Assembly: GCA_019637435.1 (NCBI GenBank)
Contig: JAHBVO010000002.1
Span: 657,519-721,518 of the forward strand
Direction of reading: 5' to 3'
Origin: Candidatus Obscuribacterales bacterium
GTDB taxonomy: Bacteria; Cyanobacteriota; Vampirovibrionia; Obscuribacterales; Obscuribacteraceae
Length of the DNA stretch: 64,000 bases
Part shown: piece after piece, positions 27,357-38,200 of the stretch
How the letters are laid out: each line of letters starts with the position of its first letter
Position numbering within the stretch: the stretch's first letter is position 1
Translations under genes and position numbers: made by a program
The notes under the pieces: model-generated
The model's input: only the letters and a program-made list of their open reading frames with translations
The model's database searches: none
What the model was told of the DNA's origin: nothing

Positions 27357-28523
27357 TCAGGCAGAAAGTTTTTTCTGAATCCTGGTTCTCTTCCGTTTGA
27401 AAGTTAGCAGTGAGTTCTCGTCATCTAAGTGGGGAAGCAGGATTGAGAGACGCATCTCGTCCCTCGTCAGGCCTGCAGTTCGTATGGCTTTGCCTTCGAC
27501 AGCCCGAATCAATTTCGGAAGGCTCCCGCGTTCCGCATGTGCGAGGATAGCAGAGTGAATGTAGCTCTGCCGACAGACAGCCATTGTGTTTCCTAGCGCA
27601 GTGGCTGCGGCTCTGACGGCCTCGACGATTGCTCGTTTTCTTGCCGTTTTACTCAACTCTTCTTCCATTCTGGCCAATTCCGCAAGCGCGATCACGCTTC
27701 CTCGCCATGTCCTGAAATCTTTTGCCGTAATGTGCTCATTTGAAATCTCGAGTAAATATGCGTTTACGTCAGCGGAGTTTACGGCCACAAGTTCATTCTC
27801 TTCGTTATGGTACGAGAACAGGAATTCCGACTCGTTGCTTTCGCAATCAGCAATTACTGCTGCCAATCCACTATCGCGACATTCAAGCTCAATTTGTTTT
27901 CCTGATTTGCCTTTGAAGTTCAAACTAATTCTGTCCATCGAGCACTCCACGTGCTCTGTCAACAAAGTCGTCGCACCATGCGATTCGTTTTCCTGGACAT
28001 AACGTTTGTTTCCTATTCTGATCGAAGCTTTGTCCAACAGTCGAACAACGGCGGCGATTACTCTGCGTTTAGATAATTCCGGTGTTTTTAAATCCTTACG
28101 CACTTGATTCCGAATCTTGGTCAGCAAGCCCGCAAATATTTGCAGGCGACCATATTTGTAAGCAGCGCTCGCTTCGTGCCAGCGCGCGTGATAAATGTAC
28201 TGCTTCCGCCCGGCGTCATCGTAGCCGGTCGCTTGAATGTGACCATCCGGGTTTAAACAGATCCAAACGTCCTTCCACGCCGGCGGTATCACCAACGCCT
28301 TGACTCGACTCTTCGTAATTTTGCACGTGACAGTTGAGCCGTCCGAAGCAATATATTTGAAACCTTTCCCGCTTTTCTTTCTGGTGAGGCCTTGACCAAA
28401 TTCCTGGATATACTCGAGTCCGGCGCTTGCTGCCCGTTCCATCCAGGCAAGTTGTTTCTCTGTGATCGTATTATGAGTTGCCATTGTTTTCTTGCCTTCT
28501 ACTTCGTGTCCGGTATGTAGCAC
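27357..28523 (-). CDS. Type IB DNA topoisomerase (poxvirus/eukaryote-like bacterial TopIB)
   Basis: N-terminal KGFKYIASDGS..WKDVWIC, RKQYIYHARW, DFRTWRGS and the C-terminal catalytic-tyrosine context VCRQSYIH. The start could be the Met at 28484. Confidence 0.8.
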   Translation of the reverse strand: MLHTGHEVEGKKTMATHNTITEKQLAWMERAASAGLEYIQEFGQGLTRKKSGKGFKYIASDGSTVTCKITKSRVKALVIPPAWKDVWICLNPDGHIQATGYDDAGRKQYIYHARWHEASAAYKYGRLQIFAGLLTKIRNQVRKDLKTPELSKRRVIAAVVRLLDKASIRIGNKRYVQENESHGATTLLTEHVECSMDRISLNFKGKSGKQIELECRDSGLAAVIADCESNESEFLFSYHNEENELVAVNSADVNAYLLEISNEHITAKDFRTWRGSVIALAELARMEEELSKTARKRAIVEAVRAAATALGNTMAVCRQSYIHSAILAHAERGSLPKLIRAVEGKAIRTAGLTRDEMRLSILLPHLDDENSLLTFKRKRTRIQKKLSA

Positions 28524-28833
28524 GCATATGCGATCTTGGACCTGCTTTCGCGAAGGAAAGCCTAGTCCAATTTTTGGAGCGGTTGCGGCTTTGCGTTCAC
28601 TTAGCGTTCGTTTGCCGTCACTATTGCACCATGGACGGTGGCATGCCCCAAGTTGAGCGCTAACTTGCGATGATTTTGTGATCGCAAATTGCTTGCGATG
28701 GGACTCTTCCTAGAAATCATTTCTAATCAGTACTCAGTATATGTATCTATTGGTATATTATTTTTACTCGACTCTGCTCGGACAAACTGTTTTCTCTCCG
28801 CCCATTTGCGCTATTTCTCTCTTCCGCGCCTCA

Positions 28834-29313
28834 ATGAAAAAAGTTCTTTATTTGGAAGACAGTCTTCTGGACTCGACCCTGGTCGAGACTGCTTTGCGGG
28901 CAAAGCTACCGGAGATTCAGCTGAAAATTGTCTCGAACATAGAGACATTTAGAAGCGCTCTGGAGACCGAAAAGTTCTTCGCGGTTCTTTGTGACAACAC
29001 CACTGTAGACGAGGATGAGCTCACCTCGGTAAAGCTAGCGAAGAAAACTCAGCCCGCGGTTCCAGTAATCGTTGTTTCCGGTCACAACGATGAACTTCGT
29101 GCGGCTGGAGCGATCAATGAAGGAGCCTTTGCCTACCTCAACAAGAGCGAGTTGTGGCGTTTGACCTTCATACTTTCAAGGCTGTCGGCGGGTCGTCCAC
29201 TGAGTACAAATAATTTGCCTCCGCCGCCGGGCATTGTCACGGCATTCGCGGAGACGGAGTTTGCTGGTAATGATCTGGGTGATGAAGAATCGCCTGCAAG
29301 TTGCGATTACTGA
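28834..29313 (+). CDS. Single-domain response regulator (receiver) with a short C-terminal tail
   Basis: KKVLYLEDS, FAVLCDNT (acceptor Asp), PVIVVSGHND and AFAYLNKS (Lys) make an intact CheY-like signature. Confidence 0.75.
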   Translation: MKKVLYLEDSLLDSTLVETALRAKLPEIQLKIVSNIETFRSALETEKFFAVLCDNTTVDEDELTSVKLAKKTQPAVPVIVVSGHNDELRAAGAINEGAFAYLNKSELWRLTFILSRLSAGRPLSTNNLPPPPGIVTAFAETEFAGNDLGDEESPASCDY

Positions 29314-29321
29314 TATCTAGC

Positions 29322-29705
29322 TTAGTGCCAACGCGCGCATTTTGGAAAACAAATCGAGCCGCTAGCTTCTGTGCGGAGATCTGACATGCGAATGATCTGA
29401 CCTTTCTCGATATCGTTGCGTGCAAAATTGTCCGTCGCGATAGTCACGATTGGAAGCGCGTCCTCTGGCTGTTTCCATCGTTCGATCGAGCGTTCGCCGA
29501 GCATGAAATCTTCGATTTTTGTGTCGCGAGCGATCGGTTGTAACGCGTATACCACCTGTGCTTGATTGGATTGAAAGTAGTATTCGCCATGTTCGCTGGC
29601 ATGGCTCGCGTACTCTTCCGGCATTGAGTATTTGATGCCGAAAATCACGCCGCCTATCAAGCACAGGACGATTAGAAACATGGCGGCAGGTTTTGTCATA
29701 TACAA
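29322..29705 (-). CDS. Hypothetical membrane-anchored protein
   Basis: 127-aa ORF with N-terminal TM segment AAMFLIVLCLIGGVIFGI. No firm domain call. Confidence 0.45.
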   Translation of the reverse strand: MYMTKPAAMFLIVLCLIGGVIFGIKYSMPEEYASHASEHGEYYFQSNQAQVVYALQPIARDTKIEDFMLGERSIERWKQPEDALPIVTIATDNFARNDIEKGQIIRMSDLRTEASGSICFPKCARWH

Positions 29706-29888
29706 GGATTATAGCCTGGGAAAGGTTTTGAAGGTTTTATCTGAAATCTGATCAGTTTTAAGCGCGGGGTGTTATATTTAACGATATGGTTAAGCATTGC
29801 CAACCGCTAACATAATCGAAGGCGGTAATGCGCTGTGTTGTTAGCTCCAGCTCCAGACAAATAAAAACGATTTCCACAGGAATTGAAC

Positions 29889-30455
29889 ATGGTCAAGAAA
29901 GTTGTTTTAACAGTACTCGCTCTAGTCGGCGTCGCTGCTGCGGCTATAGTCGCTATCGCCGCCGCTAAGCCTGATCACTTCTCGTTCGAGCGGAAGGCGA
30001 TCGTCAAAGCCCCTCCTGAACGCGTTTACCCTCTCATAAGTAATTTCCACGAGTGGCCCAGATGGTCGCCATGGGAGAAGCTCGATCCAAAGATGAAGCG
30101 AGATTACAGCGGTCCAGAGTCAGCCGTCGGATCGGTTTATGCCTGGGACGGAAATAACGACGCCGGTGTCGGAAAGATGACCATAACTGAACTCTCCGCT
30201 CCCAATCTGGTTAAACTCAATCTCGATTTCATCAAGCCGTTTGAGGCCAAAAATCAAGTAACGTTCCAGATCACGCCGCTAAACGAAAATGAATCGCAGG
30301 TCAGTTGGAAAATGGAGGGAGATTCTCAGCTGTTTCCATGCAAGATAGTAAGCGTCTTTTGCAGCATGGATGATATGTGCGGCAAAGATTTTGACGCGGG
30401 ATTGGCCAGCATCAAATCGATTGCAGAGAAACAGAAAGTAGCATCGCAAGAGTAA
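29889..30455 (+). CDS. SRPBCC (START/polyketide cyclase-like) family protein with N-terminal anchor
   Basis: The pattern KAPPERVYPLISNFHEWPRWSPW is typical of SRPBCC proteins. N-terminal hydrophobic segment. Confidence 0.7.
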   Translation: MVKKVVLTVLALVGVAAAAIVAIAAAKPDHFSFERKAIVKAPPERVYPLISNFHEWPRWSPWEKLDPKMKRDYSGPESAVGSVYAWDGNNDAGVGKMTITELSAPNLVKLNLDFIKPFEAKNQVTFQITPLNENESQVSWKMEGDSQLFPCKIVSVFCSMDDMCGKDFDAGLASIKSIAEKQKVASQE

Positions 30456-30507
30456 TGAGCTCGGCTTGTGATTAAGTCCAACGCACAATGGTTCAACCTG
30501 GCACACA

Positions 30508-30927
30508 ATGGTTAAACACTACAGCGAACAACTCGATAGAACATTTTTCGCACTATCTGATCCCACGCGCAGAGCGATTATCGGAAATCTTGCGAAAAAG
30601 GGACCTTGCTCCGTACTTGAGCTTGCAGAGCCGTTCAACATGTCTTTGCCTGCGATTTCAAAACATTTGAAATTACTTGAAAATGCAAACCTTGTTACTC
30701 GCGAACGCAAAGGACGCGTTCACTACCTGACACTTGTGGGAGGACCCATGTCAGAGGCTAATGATTGGCTCGAGGCCTATAGCCGTTTTTGGCAGACGCA
30801 CCTGGATGCGTTTGAAGAATACTTGAATGAAACAGGAGAATCTGAAAATGACGACGACGTGCAAAGTACAGCCCACGGTGCTGGAGATAACGAAAGTTCT
30901 CAAGGCCCCGGTCGAGAGAGTTTATAA
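30508..30927 (+). CDS. ArsR/SmtB family transcriptional regulator
   Basis: LSDPTRRAIIGNLAKKGPCSVLELAEPFNMSLPAISKHLKLLENANLV is a winged-HTH ArsR signature. Confidence 0.85.
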   Translation: MVKHYSEQLDRTFFALSDPTRRAIIGNLAKKGPCSVLELAEPFNMSLPAISKHLKLLENANLVTRERKGRVHYLTLVGGPMSEANDWLEAYSRFWQTHLDAFEEYLNETGESENDDDVQSTAHGAGDNESSQGPGRESL

Positions 30928-31309
30928 AACATGGACGGAACCGGAGCACATGGCGAAGTGGTTCGGTTGCGCAAAGACTGGAACTGTGCAGATCGAACAG
31001 GATTTGCGCGTCGGCGGAAACTTCAGAGTCGAAATGCACTGCACCGATGGCGAGATTGCAATTGTGCATGGAACCTTCAAGGAAATTGAACCGAACAAGA
31101 AGCTCGTCTACACATGGACTAATAATTCACAAGAATTTCCTGCCGAAGACACTCTTGTCACTGTGCTCTTCATGGGCAATGGAAAGGAAACCGAGTTGCG
31201 TTTGAAGCACCAGAATTTCGCCAAAGAAATTTCGGCTCAGGGTCACAGCATGGGTTGGGGCGCATCGCTTGATAAGTTTGAAAGCTTGTTCAGTGATGAC
31301 GCTGCTTGA
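30848..31309 (+). CDS. SRPBCC family protein, AHSA1 (activator of Hsp90 ATPase homologue)-like
   Basis: APVERVYKTWTEPEHMAKWFG together with the usual ArsR-AHSA1 gene pairing. aggagaa lies 7 nt before the ATG at 30848. Confidence 0.8.
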   Translation: MTTTCKVQPTVLEITKVLKAPVERVYKTWTEPEHMAKWFGCAKTGTVQIEQDLRVGGNFRVEMHCTDGEIAIVHGTFKEIEPNKKLVYTWTNNSQEFPAEDTLVTVLFMGNGKETELRLKHQNFAKEISAQGHSMGWGASLDKFESLFSDDAA

Positions 31310-31402
31310 CGCGAGTTTTGAAACTAGCGTGAATGCTCGCGCGAAACCTTGTTCGAATCTTGATAAACACACGAGCGTGACGCTCATCATAGGAGAGTAA
31401 AG

Positions 31403-31888
31403 ATGTCACAAGAAAAATGGATTCCGGATGGTATCACGTCCGTTACGCCGCATTTTGTTAGAAAGGATGCCGCAAAGGCGATCGAGTTTTACGAAAAGGC
31501 CTTTGGTGCCGAGGTGAAGCAGCGCTTGAACACGCCGGACGGCAGAGTTATGCACGCTTGTCTGAAATTCGGAAACGCTGCAATTTTTATCTGCGATGAA
31601 TTTCCTGAATGCGGTCCTGCTCTAGAACCACAAACAGAAAAGAACGCGCATGTGACCATTCACTTGTTTGTAGAAGATGTAGATGCCGCCTTCAAGCGTG
31701 CCACTGAAGCCGGTGCTAAAGCGCTGATGCCGCCAACCGATATGTTCTGGGGTGATCGTTATAGCCGTTTGCAAGACCCCTTTGGTCAGATGTGGAGCAT
31801 TGCAACTCATAAAGAACAGCTCAGCCAGGAGCAGTTGGAGAAGAATATGGCCGAAGCTATGCAACAAATGGCTGGCGCCGCCAAGTAA
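31403..31888 (+). CDS. VOC (glyoxalase/bleomycin resistance, PhnB-like) family protein
   Basis: VTPHFVRKDAAKAIEFYEKAFGAEV and MFWGDRYSRLQDPFGQMWSI are typical of PhnB-like VOC proteins. Good SD (aggag). Confidence 0.8.
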   Translation: MSQEKWIPDGITSVTPHFVRKDAAKAIEFYEKAFGAEVKQRLNTPDGRVMHACLKFGNAAIFICDEFPECGPALEPQTEKNAHVTIHLFVEDVDAAFKRATEAGAKALMPPTDMFWGDRYSRLQDPFGQMWSIATHKEQLSQEQLEKNMAEAMQQMAGAAK

Positions 31889-31939
31889 TCTTAACCGGCC
31901 TTGTGATTAGGCGCGTACTCGAGTGAGAATCTCAGAAAA

Positions 31940-31983
31940 GTAAACAGAGTCAGATGGTTCGTCTGACTCTGCTACTGTTTACG
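31940..31983 (-). terminator. Intrinsic terminator for the minus-strand epimerase gene (hairpin shared with the convergent gene)
   Basis: A 10-bp stem, cagagtcaga (31945-31954) with tctgactctg (31962-31971). On the minus strand it is followed by TTTTCTGAG. Confidence 0.6.
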
Positions 31984-32041
31984 CGTCGGGTAAACTCTTT
32001 TTGTGGCGTCGCGGCTTGCGGTGCTGCGAACGCGACCAAGC

Positions 32042-32938
32042 CTAGTGGGTTAATGCGTGTTTCAACGCCGCTTCAAGCTCCGGATATCTGAATTTGTAGC
32101 CTGATTCCTCGAGCTTTGTAGGTTTAACGAGTGTGCTGGAGAGAAGCAGTTCATCAGCCATCTCGCCCAGTAAGAGCCGCAACCCAAAGGCTGGGACTGG
32201 GAAAACTGTCGGGCGATGTACAACACTACCCAGCGTATTCGTAAATTCTTTATTGGTCACCGCATGTGGTGCTACAAGGTTGACCGGACCGGATAAACTT
32301 TCTGTGTTCAAGATGTGAATAATGGCTCCGACCTCGTCGTCCATGGAGATCCAGCTCATGTATTGTCGTCCATCACCGAGCGGTCCGCCCAGCCCCGACA
32401 TGATAGGTGGAAGCATCTTTGCTAACGCACCTCCTCTCTTTGATAGCACAACTCCGGTTCGAAGATTTACTACTCGGATTCCTGCTTTCTTCGCCGCTTC
32501 CGTAGCATTTTCCCAGTCCTTGCATACCTCGGAGAGAAAGTCGAAACCGCCACTCGCCGATTCGTCGACAATAGTGTCACCACGCTCACCGTAAAAACCG
32601 ATTGCAGAGCCGCAGATAAAAACTTTGGGCGGATTTTTCAACGCGGCGAGCGCCTTGGAAAGTTGGTTGGTGGAGCGAACGCGACTCTCGCGTATTTCTT
32701 TCTTCTTCTCATCCGTCCATCTTCCCGACGATATATTTTCTCCTGCGAGATGAATGACGGCGTCGACCCCTTCCAGACAAACAAGATTTTCGCCCTCACC
32801 GTTCTGGTCCCAGAATATCTCACTGGGTGATTCGCTCGCCTTCCGAACTAGATGAATGACTTGATGTCCATCATTGGTGAGTCTGGTTGCGAGCTCGGAA
32901 CCTATTAGCCCGTGCGAGCCGCTGATTGCTATCTTCAT
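32042..32938 (-). CDS. TIGR01777/YfcH-like NAD-dependent epimerase family protein (with DUF1731-type C-terminus)
   Basis: From the internal Met: MKIAISGSHGLIGSELA (GxxGxxG). The length of about 299 aa matches this family. The upstream ORF extension to 33055 is probably not translated. Confidence 0.8.
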   Translation of the reverse strand: MKIAISGSHGLIGSELATRLTNDGHQVIHLVRKASESPSEIFWDQNGEGENLVCLEGVDAVIHLAGENISSGRWTDEKKKEIRESRVRSTNQLSKALAALKNPPKVFICGSAIGFYGERGDTIVDESASGGFDFLSEVCKDWENATEAAKKAGIRVVNLRTGVVLSKRGGALAKMLPPIMSGLGGPLGDGRQYMSWISMDDEVGAIIHILNTESLSGPVNLVAPHAVTNKEFTNTLGSVVHRPTVFPVPAFGLRLLLGEMADELLLSSTLVKPTKLEESGYKFRYPELEAALKHALTH

Positions 32939-33140
32939 GCTCTCGTCCTCTCTACCCATCTGTCTGAGCCTCTCGTCCACCAGCCGAGACTCGACTTCTT
33001 CTCTTATTAGACCGGGTTGAGGTGAACGTTGGGTGAGCGGAGGGGGTAAATTCAAGCTCGTCTCGACTTCCGTACCAGGTGGCCCGACCGCCCCGTCCGG
33101 ACCTGCGTGTTCACCGCCTGTTCACGCAGCGGGAATATAA

Positions 33141-34331
33141 TTGGAGAAAGACTCTAACCGCCCGAGGGCGGCGCCTGAAAACCACGTGGGAATTCTCATG
33201 AAGCCGGATACCGACAATCATATTAAGACAAGCCCGTTCGGTACTCTGAAGGCCTCCGAGCACCATCTCCGAGTACTTGAGAACGCGGTGCAGTCAGCGC
33301 GCAACGGCATAGTAATAACGGATCCCTTACTACCGGACAATCCAATCATCTTCTCCAACATTGCATTCAGCGAATTGACCGGATACGAGTTGAGCGAAAT
33401 CATTGGAAAGAATTGCCGCTTCTTACAGGGGATGGACAGCGATCAGGCTGAGCTCGATGTTCTCCGCTCTGCGATTAAAGAAGAGAAACCGTGCATCGTG
33501 ACGCTGCGAAACTATAAGAAGGATGGCACACTCTTCTGGAATGAATTGAGCGTAGCTCCAGTGATGAACGAAGATGGGATTTGTGTCAACTTCATAGGCG
33601 TCCAGAACGATATAACTGCAAGAAAAGAGGCTGAACGACAAGTATCCGAGTTTCATTCCATGGTCTCCCATGAGTTACGCACGCCACTCACGTCTATCAA
33701 AGCTTCACTGGGTCTGGTTGAGGACGGTGACGCCGGACACATCCCCGCACCAGCGAAGCGACTTATACAGATAGCAACGCAAAACGCCCAGCGCCTTTTG
33801 AAACTTGTCGACGACATTCTGGACCTGAAAAGAATGGAGTCTGGAAAGCTTCAATTGAACTTCACCATCGTCAATCCGGACGAACTTGTGGAGGATGCAG
33901 TGAATTCGCTTAACGAACTAGCGAAGGCGAATGGTGTTTCCTTTGAAAAGGAAATTGCTACAACTCGTGCTTTCTGCGCGGATCCGGAGCGTGTCACGCA
34001 AGTGCTCTTCAATCTAATCGGAAATGCGATTAAGTTTTCCCCGTCGAATGGGAAAATAACTATCAGAGTTGAAGATGAGGGCAAACAAATCCGATTCTCA
34101 GTAAAGGACGAAGGACCGGGCATCGCTCAGGATCAACAAGGCAAGCTGTTTCACAAGTTTTCACAGGTTGACTCCTCCGATACGCGACCGCAGCCTGGAA
34201 GTGGTTTGGGTCTTTCAATTTCCAAAAAGATTTTGGATTTGCATGGGGGCGAGATAGGCGTAGTTAGTAGGCACGGTGAGGGTGCGCTCTTCTGGTTCGC
34301 ACTGCCAGTAGTGCCAAAGGTGAATGGTTAA
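33141..34331 (+). CDS. LOV-domain (blue-light, FMN-binding) sensor histidine kinase
   Basis: Canonical LOV core NGIVITDPLLPDNPIIFSNIAFSELTGYELSEIIGKNCRFLQG...NYKKDGTLFWNEL...GVQNDIT, with the photoactive Cys codon at 33414-33416. H-box MVSHELRTPLTSI plus an HATPase domain. The start codon is uncertain (33141 TTG or the Met at 33198). Confidence 0.9.
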   Translation: MEKDSNRPRAAPENHVGILMKPDTDNHIKTSPFGTLKASEHHLRVLENAVQSARNGIVITDPLLPDNPIIFSNIAFSELTGYELSEIIGKNCRFLQGMDSDQAELDVLRSAIKEEKPCIVTLRNYKKDGTLFWNELSVAPVMNEDGICVNFIGVQNDITARKEAERQVSEFHSMVSHELRTPLTSIKASLGLVEDGDAGHIPAPAKRLIQIATQNAQRLLKLVDDILDLKRMESGKLQLNFTIVNPDELVEDAVNSLNELAKANGVSFEKEIATTRAFCADPERVTQVLFNLIGNAIKFSPSNGKITIRVEDEGKQIRFSVKDEGPGIAQDQQGKLFHKFSQVDSSDTRPQPGSGLGLSISKKILDLHGGEIGVVSRHGEGALFWFALPVVPKVNG

Positions 34332-35037
34332 GGTTATGGCAAAAATTCTAGTAGCTGAGGATGACCGAGACCTGGCAGAAGTGGTGAGCTTCGCTCTGCA
34401 ATCTAAGGGGCACATGGTGCAGGTCGTTCATGACGGCAAACAGTGCAGCGATTATCTCAGCACCTGCGAGTACGACCTAATAATACTAGATTGGATGATG
34501 CCCTGGAAATCTGGTTTGGAGATATGCCAGTGGTTTAGAGCTAAAGGCGGCCGCACTCCAATTTTGATGCTGACCGCCAAGACTAAGATGGACGACCGCG
34601 AACTTGGTCTCGACAATGGTGCCGACGATTATTTGACCAAGCCATTCGATCAACGCGAACTTGCTGCGCGTGTGCGGGCCTTACTACGCCGCCCGGATGT
34701 GGTTGTGGGAAATGTTCTGAAAGCTCATGATATTCAACTTGATACAGTTTCTTGCATTGTCACCAGGGGCGGTGCCGAAATTCATTTGCGACCGAAAGAG
34801 TTCAGTCTGCTCGAATTCTTCATGCGACATCCTAATCAAACCTTTTCCACTGATGCATTACTCCGGCGTGTTTGGCTTGATGACTCAGCCGCTACGCCCG
34901 ACAATCTGAAGACGCATATCAAGATGTTGCGTCAGAAACTCGATACCAATCGAGCGGAATCGATGATAAAGACCATCCGCCGGCGCGGATATGTGATGAC
35001 GACTCAGGATGGGATGTCGGAGTTCGCCGACGAGTGA
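34324..35037 (+). CDS. OmpR/PhoB-family DNA-binding response regulator
   Basis: KILVAEDDRDLAE, DLIILDWMMP, ILMLTAK and DDYLTKPF form the receiver, followed by a winged-helix output (LRPKEFSLLEFF, IRRRGY). It overlaps the kinase stop. The start is 34324 or 34336. Confidence 0.9.
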   Translation: MVKVMAKILVAEDDRDLAEVVSFALQSKGHMVQVVHDGKQCSDYLSTCEYDLIILDWMMPWKSGLEICQWFRAKGGRTPILMLTAKTKMDDRELGLDNGADDYLTKPFDQRELAARVRALLRRPDVVVGNVLKAHDIQLDTVSCIVTRGGAEIHLRPKEFSLLEFFMRHPNQTFSTDALLRRVWLDDSAATPDNLKTHIKMLRQKLDTNRAESMIKTIRRRGYVMTTQDGMSEFADE

Positions 35038-35282
35038 ACTATCGTTGTCTCGCTGACTGGGAATAAACGCCTCGCAACATCTCGTAAAGATTTCTGTAAT
35101 GAGCCGGACTGGTTTTTCTCACGCCTTTCCGTCGCTGCGGCGTTTCGAGCAACCTTCGTTTGAGCTGGCTTGAAAGGCCATCTTTAATATTGCTAACGAT
35201 TGGGAGAAGTCAAGTCTTGGGTGTTACTATCCTTAAACGCCCGAGTGGCGCAGCATAGACACGTCTTCTCCAGGAGTTTCCA

Positions 35283-38200
35283 ATGCCGAAGTGGAACAAA
35301 CCCCTTGCGCTTGGCGCAGCGCTTATCTCTTTCCTGCAACCATCTGCGGCATGGGCTGACGGTCGCGGTCAAAATCGTGGACAAGACTGGCAGGCAGCGC
35401 ATTTCCTGGAGCTTCACGGGATGTCGCGCGCTGAGCGACATTTGATGCGAGCGGAACAGCGTGATGCTCGCATTGAGGCTCGCATGGATCGTGTTCCTCG
35501 ATCGTCAGTCGATGCCAGCACCATGGTGCGCAACTTGAGCCGACCTGTACAACCGGCTTTTAGTCTAGGCATGCTGCCGAATAATCTCAACTTGAAGTCG
35601 ATGAAGAACACCATCAACTTGAAAAAGTTTGGTTTGTTGGAACCGGTAACCATCACTGCCGGCGGCAAGCAAATCGTTATAGACGGTTCCTCAAGACTGA
35701 CAGCGGCTGAGGCTGTTGCGGTCCGGCAAATATTAACCACTGGAACGCAAACCATCGAGCTTTCCGCAAAAGGTGAAGCCGTCGGCGGCTCGATGGTGCT
35801 CAACCAAGATTCCGGTCAGCAACTCGGTCGTTTGATTATTCCGACTGGTGTCACTGTCATCGATAACGGCACCACAGGCGAGATTTCTGTGCGTGGCAAC
35901 ATCATCAACCAGGGTTCGTTGTATGCACTTTCGAGTAGCGACGGAAACTCTACGACGATCACCGCGCGCAACATCATCAACAGCAAAGGCGGTCTAGTTA
36001 CCGGCGCAGTGCCGACGACGCCCAGCGTCGACTTTGGCGATCTCACGCATGGCGTGGACCTTACGCTCATCGCGCAGAATGGCATCTATAACTCTGGTGA
36101 TATCACAGGTGGTGCTGGAAATTCGAACGTTCACCTGACCACCAACAATCTTCAGAACAATGGTTCAATTTCGTCCATCGACGGTTCGCTGAACATTGAC
36201 GCGCTCAACAGCCGCGGTAACGTGCGAATCAATAACGTCGGCGGAACGATGTCCGCCACCGCTGGCGATATCAACATTGGAAGCAACAACCTCGCGTTCA
36301 CCAGAGAGATAAACATTCTTGGAGGCGATTACAACTCCAAGAACTTGAATTTGAACGGTGGTAATGGCGTTATCAACGGCGTCTTGGGTAATGTCAGCGG
36401 CAAAATGAATACGTCGGCGCGTATCGCGCACGTCGGAACCAATACGGAAACGCTGGTGCTCGGTAACACTTGTATCACAGGCGACCCGACCTTTTGGAAT
36501 ACTGGAAACATCGATATACAGGGCGATATTATTGTCAACGAAGCGCTATCGATATTAGCAACGGGCAATATTACTGACACATCCGGTGTTCAGCACATAA
36601 TTAGAGCAAGAGCCGACAACGGTTCCGGAAAAGAAATCAATATTATCGCTGGTGCGGACCTGACCTCATCGTCAGGAACCAAGAGCCCGATAATCGGACC
36701 TTTTCCAGGCACCGGTTCAGCGATACCGAATGGCGCCAAAGTGACCGTTAAGGGACCGTCTGCAGGGGGTGGCAACATAGATCTAGGGATCAGCATAATC
36801 GACGCTAGCGCGCAGAAACAGACCAATGGCAACGGTGGGAATGTCACACTCATTGCGTATTCGGATACGAACGGCGCTAACGGAAAAATAAAGATCTTAG
36901 GTTTTGACTCCAGTGTGCCCGGTGATGTGAAAACCAGCATCAATACAGGTGCTAGCGGTTTTGGAGTGGATGGGCACGTCATGATAATTGGCGGCGGCAC
37001 GGGTGCTGACGCGATTAACATTGGTTCGATAAACACCATTGGTGGTGGCGGTGGCGTCGGCAACGTGACGATTTCCAACTCCAATGCGGTTGGGACCGGA
37101 ATCGCGTCCAGTAACGGGACTCTCGCAGGAAACCTTGCTCCGGGGGCACTCCTTGGTGGAACTATAACAACCAATATTATTCAAACCGGTGGCGGTTTCC
37201 TCAAAATCGAAACTGGTGGAACAGCTGACCTTGGTAAAACGCTTGGTAGTACCAACGGTATCACTTCAACGATCTCCGCGTTCTATATAGGAACTGGCGG
37301 CGCGCTCACTGTTAATGCGGACAAAATAAATGTGCTGGGTGACGTCCGTGCCGATGGTGGGCCTGGAGTTCCTGGTCTCAGTGCGGGCGCCGGAGGAAAA
37401 GGCGGATCTGGAACTATTGCCGGGAATGGAGGCGCTCTAACCCTCGCATCCGGTGCCGGTGGTGTCACAGTATCTTCGGGTAAGTTTGTTCTCGCCATCG
37501 GTGGATCGGGTGGCGTAGGAACTGCGGGTGGAACAGCCAAACCCGGGAAGGGCGGATTGAGTGGCGGTGATGGTGGCGATGGTGGAAATGGCGGAAAAGT
37601 TACAATAACCTCTACCACTGGAGATATCGTCGTAAATTCCGGAGCGATAATTGCAGCGTCCGGTGGAGCCGGTGGCAATGGTGGTGCTGGCAGTGCTGGC
37701 TCTAGCGGAGCCAAGGGTGGCGCCGGAGGTTCAGGTGGCAACGGCGGAGCGGCCGGAGACGGCGGCACATTGCTGATTCAAACGGGATCCGGCAACATCA
37801 ATCTTGCGCTTGCCAGTCAGGTTTTAGCTGGTGGTGGCATCTCGCCGCTTAACCAGGGTGGAAATGGCGGTGCTGGTGGAGCCGGTGGAGCAGGTACCGC
37901 TGGAGCCGGCGGCAATGGCGGTGCCGGTGGTAACTCTGGAAATGGTGGAGCGGCAGGTAAGCTTACGATTACATCTTCTTCCGGGAACATAAGTCTTGGC
38001 GCGATTCAGAACAATGGCGGAGCCGCTGGAACTGCAGGCGCTGGCGGTGGTGGCGGTTCCGGTACAGGTGGTAATGGTGGCAAAGGCGGTGCCGGTGGCG
38101 CTGGTGGTAATGGTAGCGCCGGTGGTGTTCTGACAATTGACGCCAACGGGTCTGGAACTATTACGACCAACAATGCCATACAGAGTTTCGGCGGCAGCGG

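Noticed and set aside
30827-30927. The ~80-nt overlap between the ArsR and AHSA1-like ORFs as a possible frameshift or fusion.
   Set aside because: Both ORFs are intact. The AHSA1-like gene has its own good SD and ATG at 30848. The ArsR tail beyond about residue 110 is acidic low-complexity sequence. This is an ordinary gene overlap and needs no recoding.
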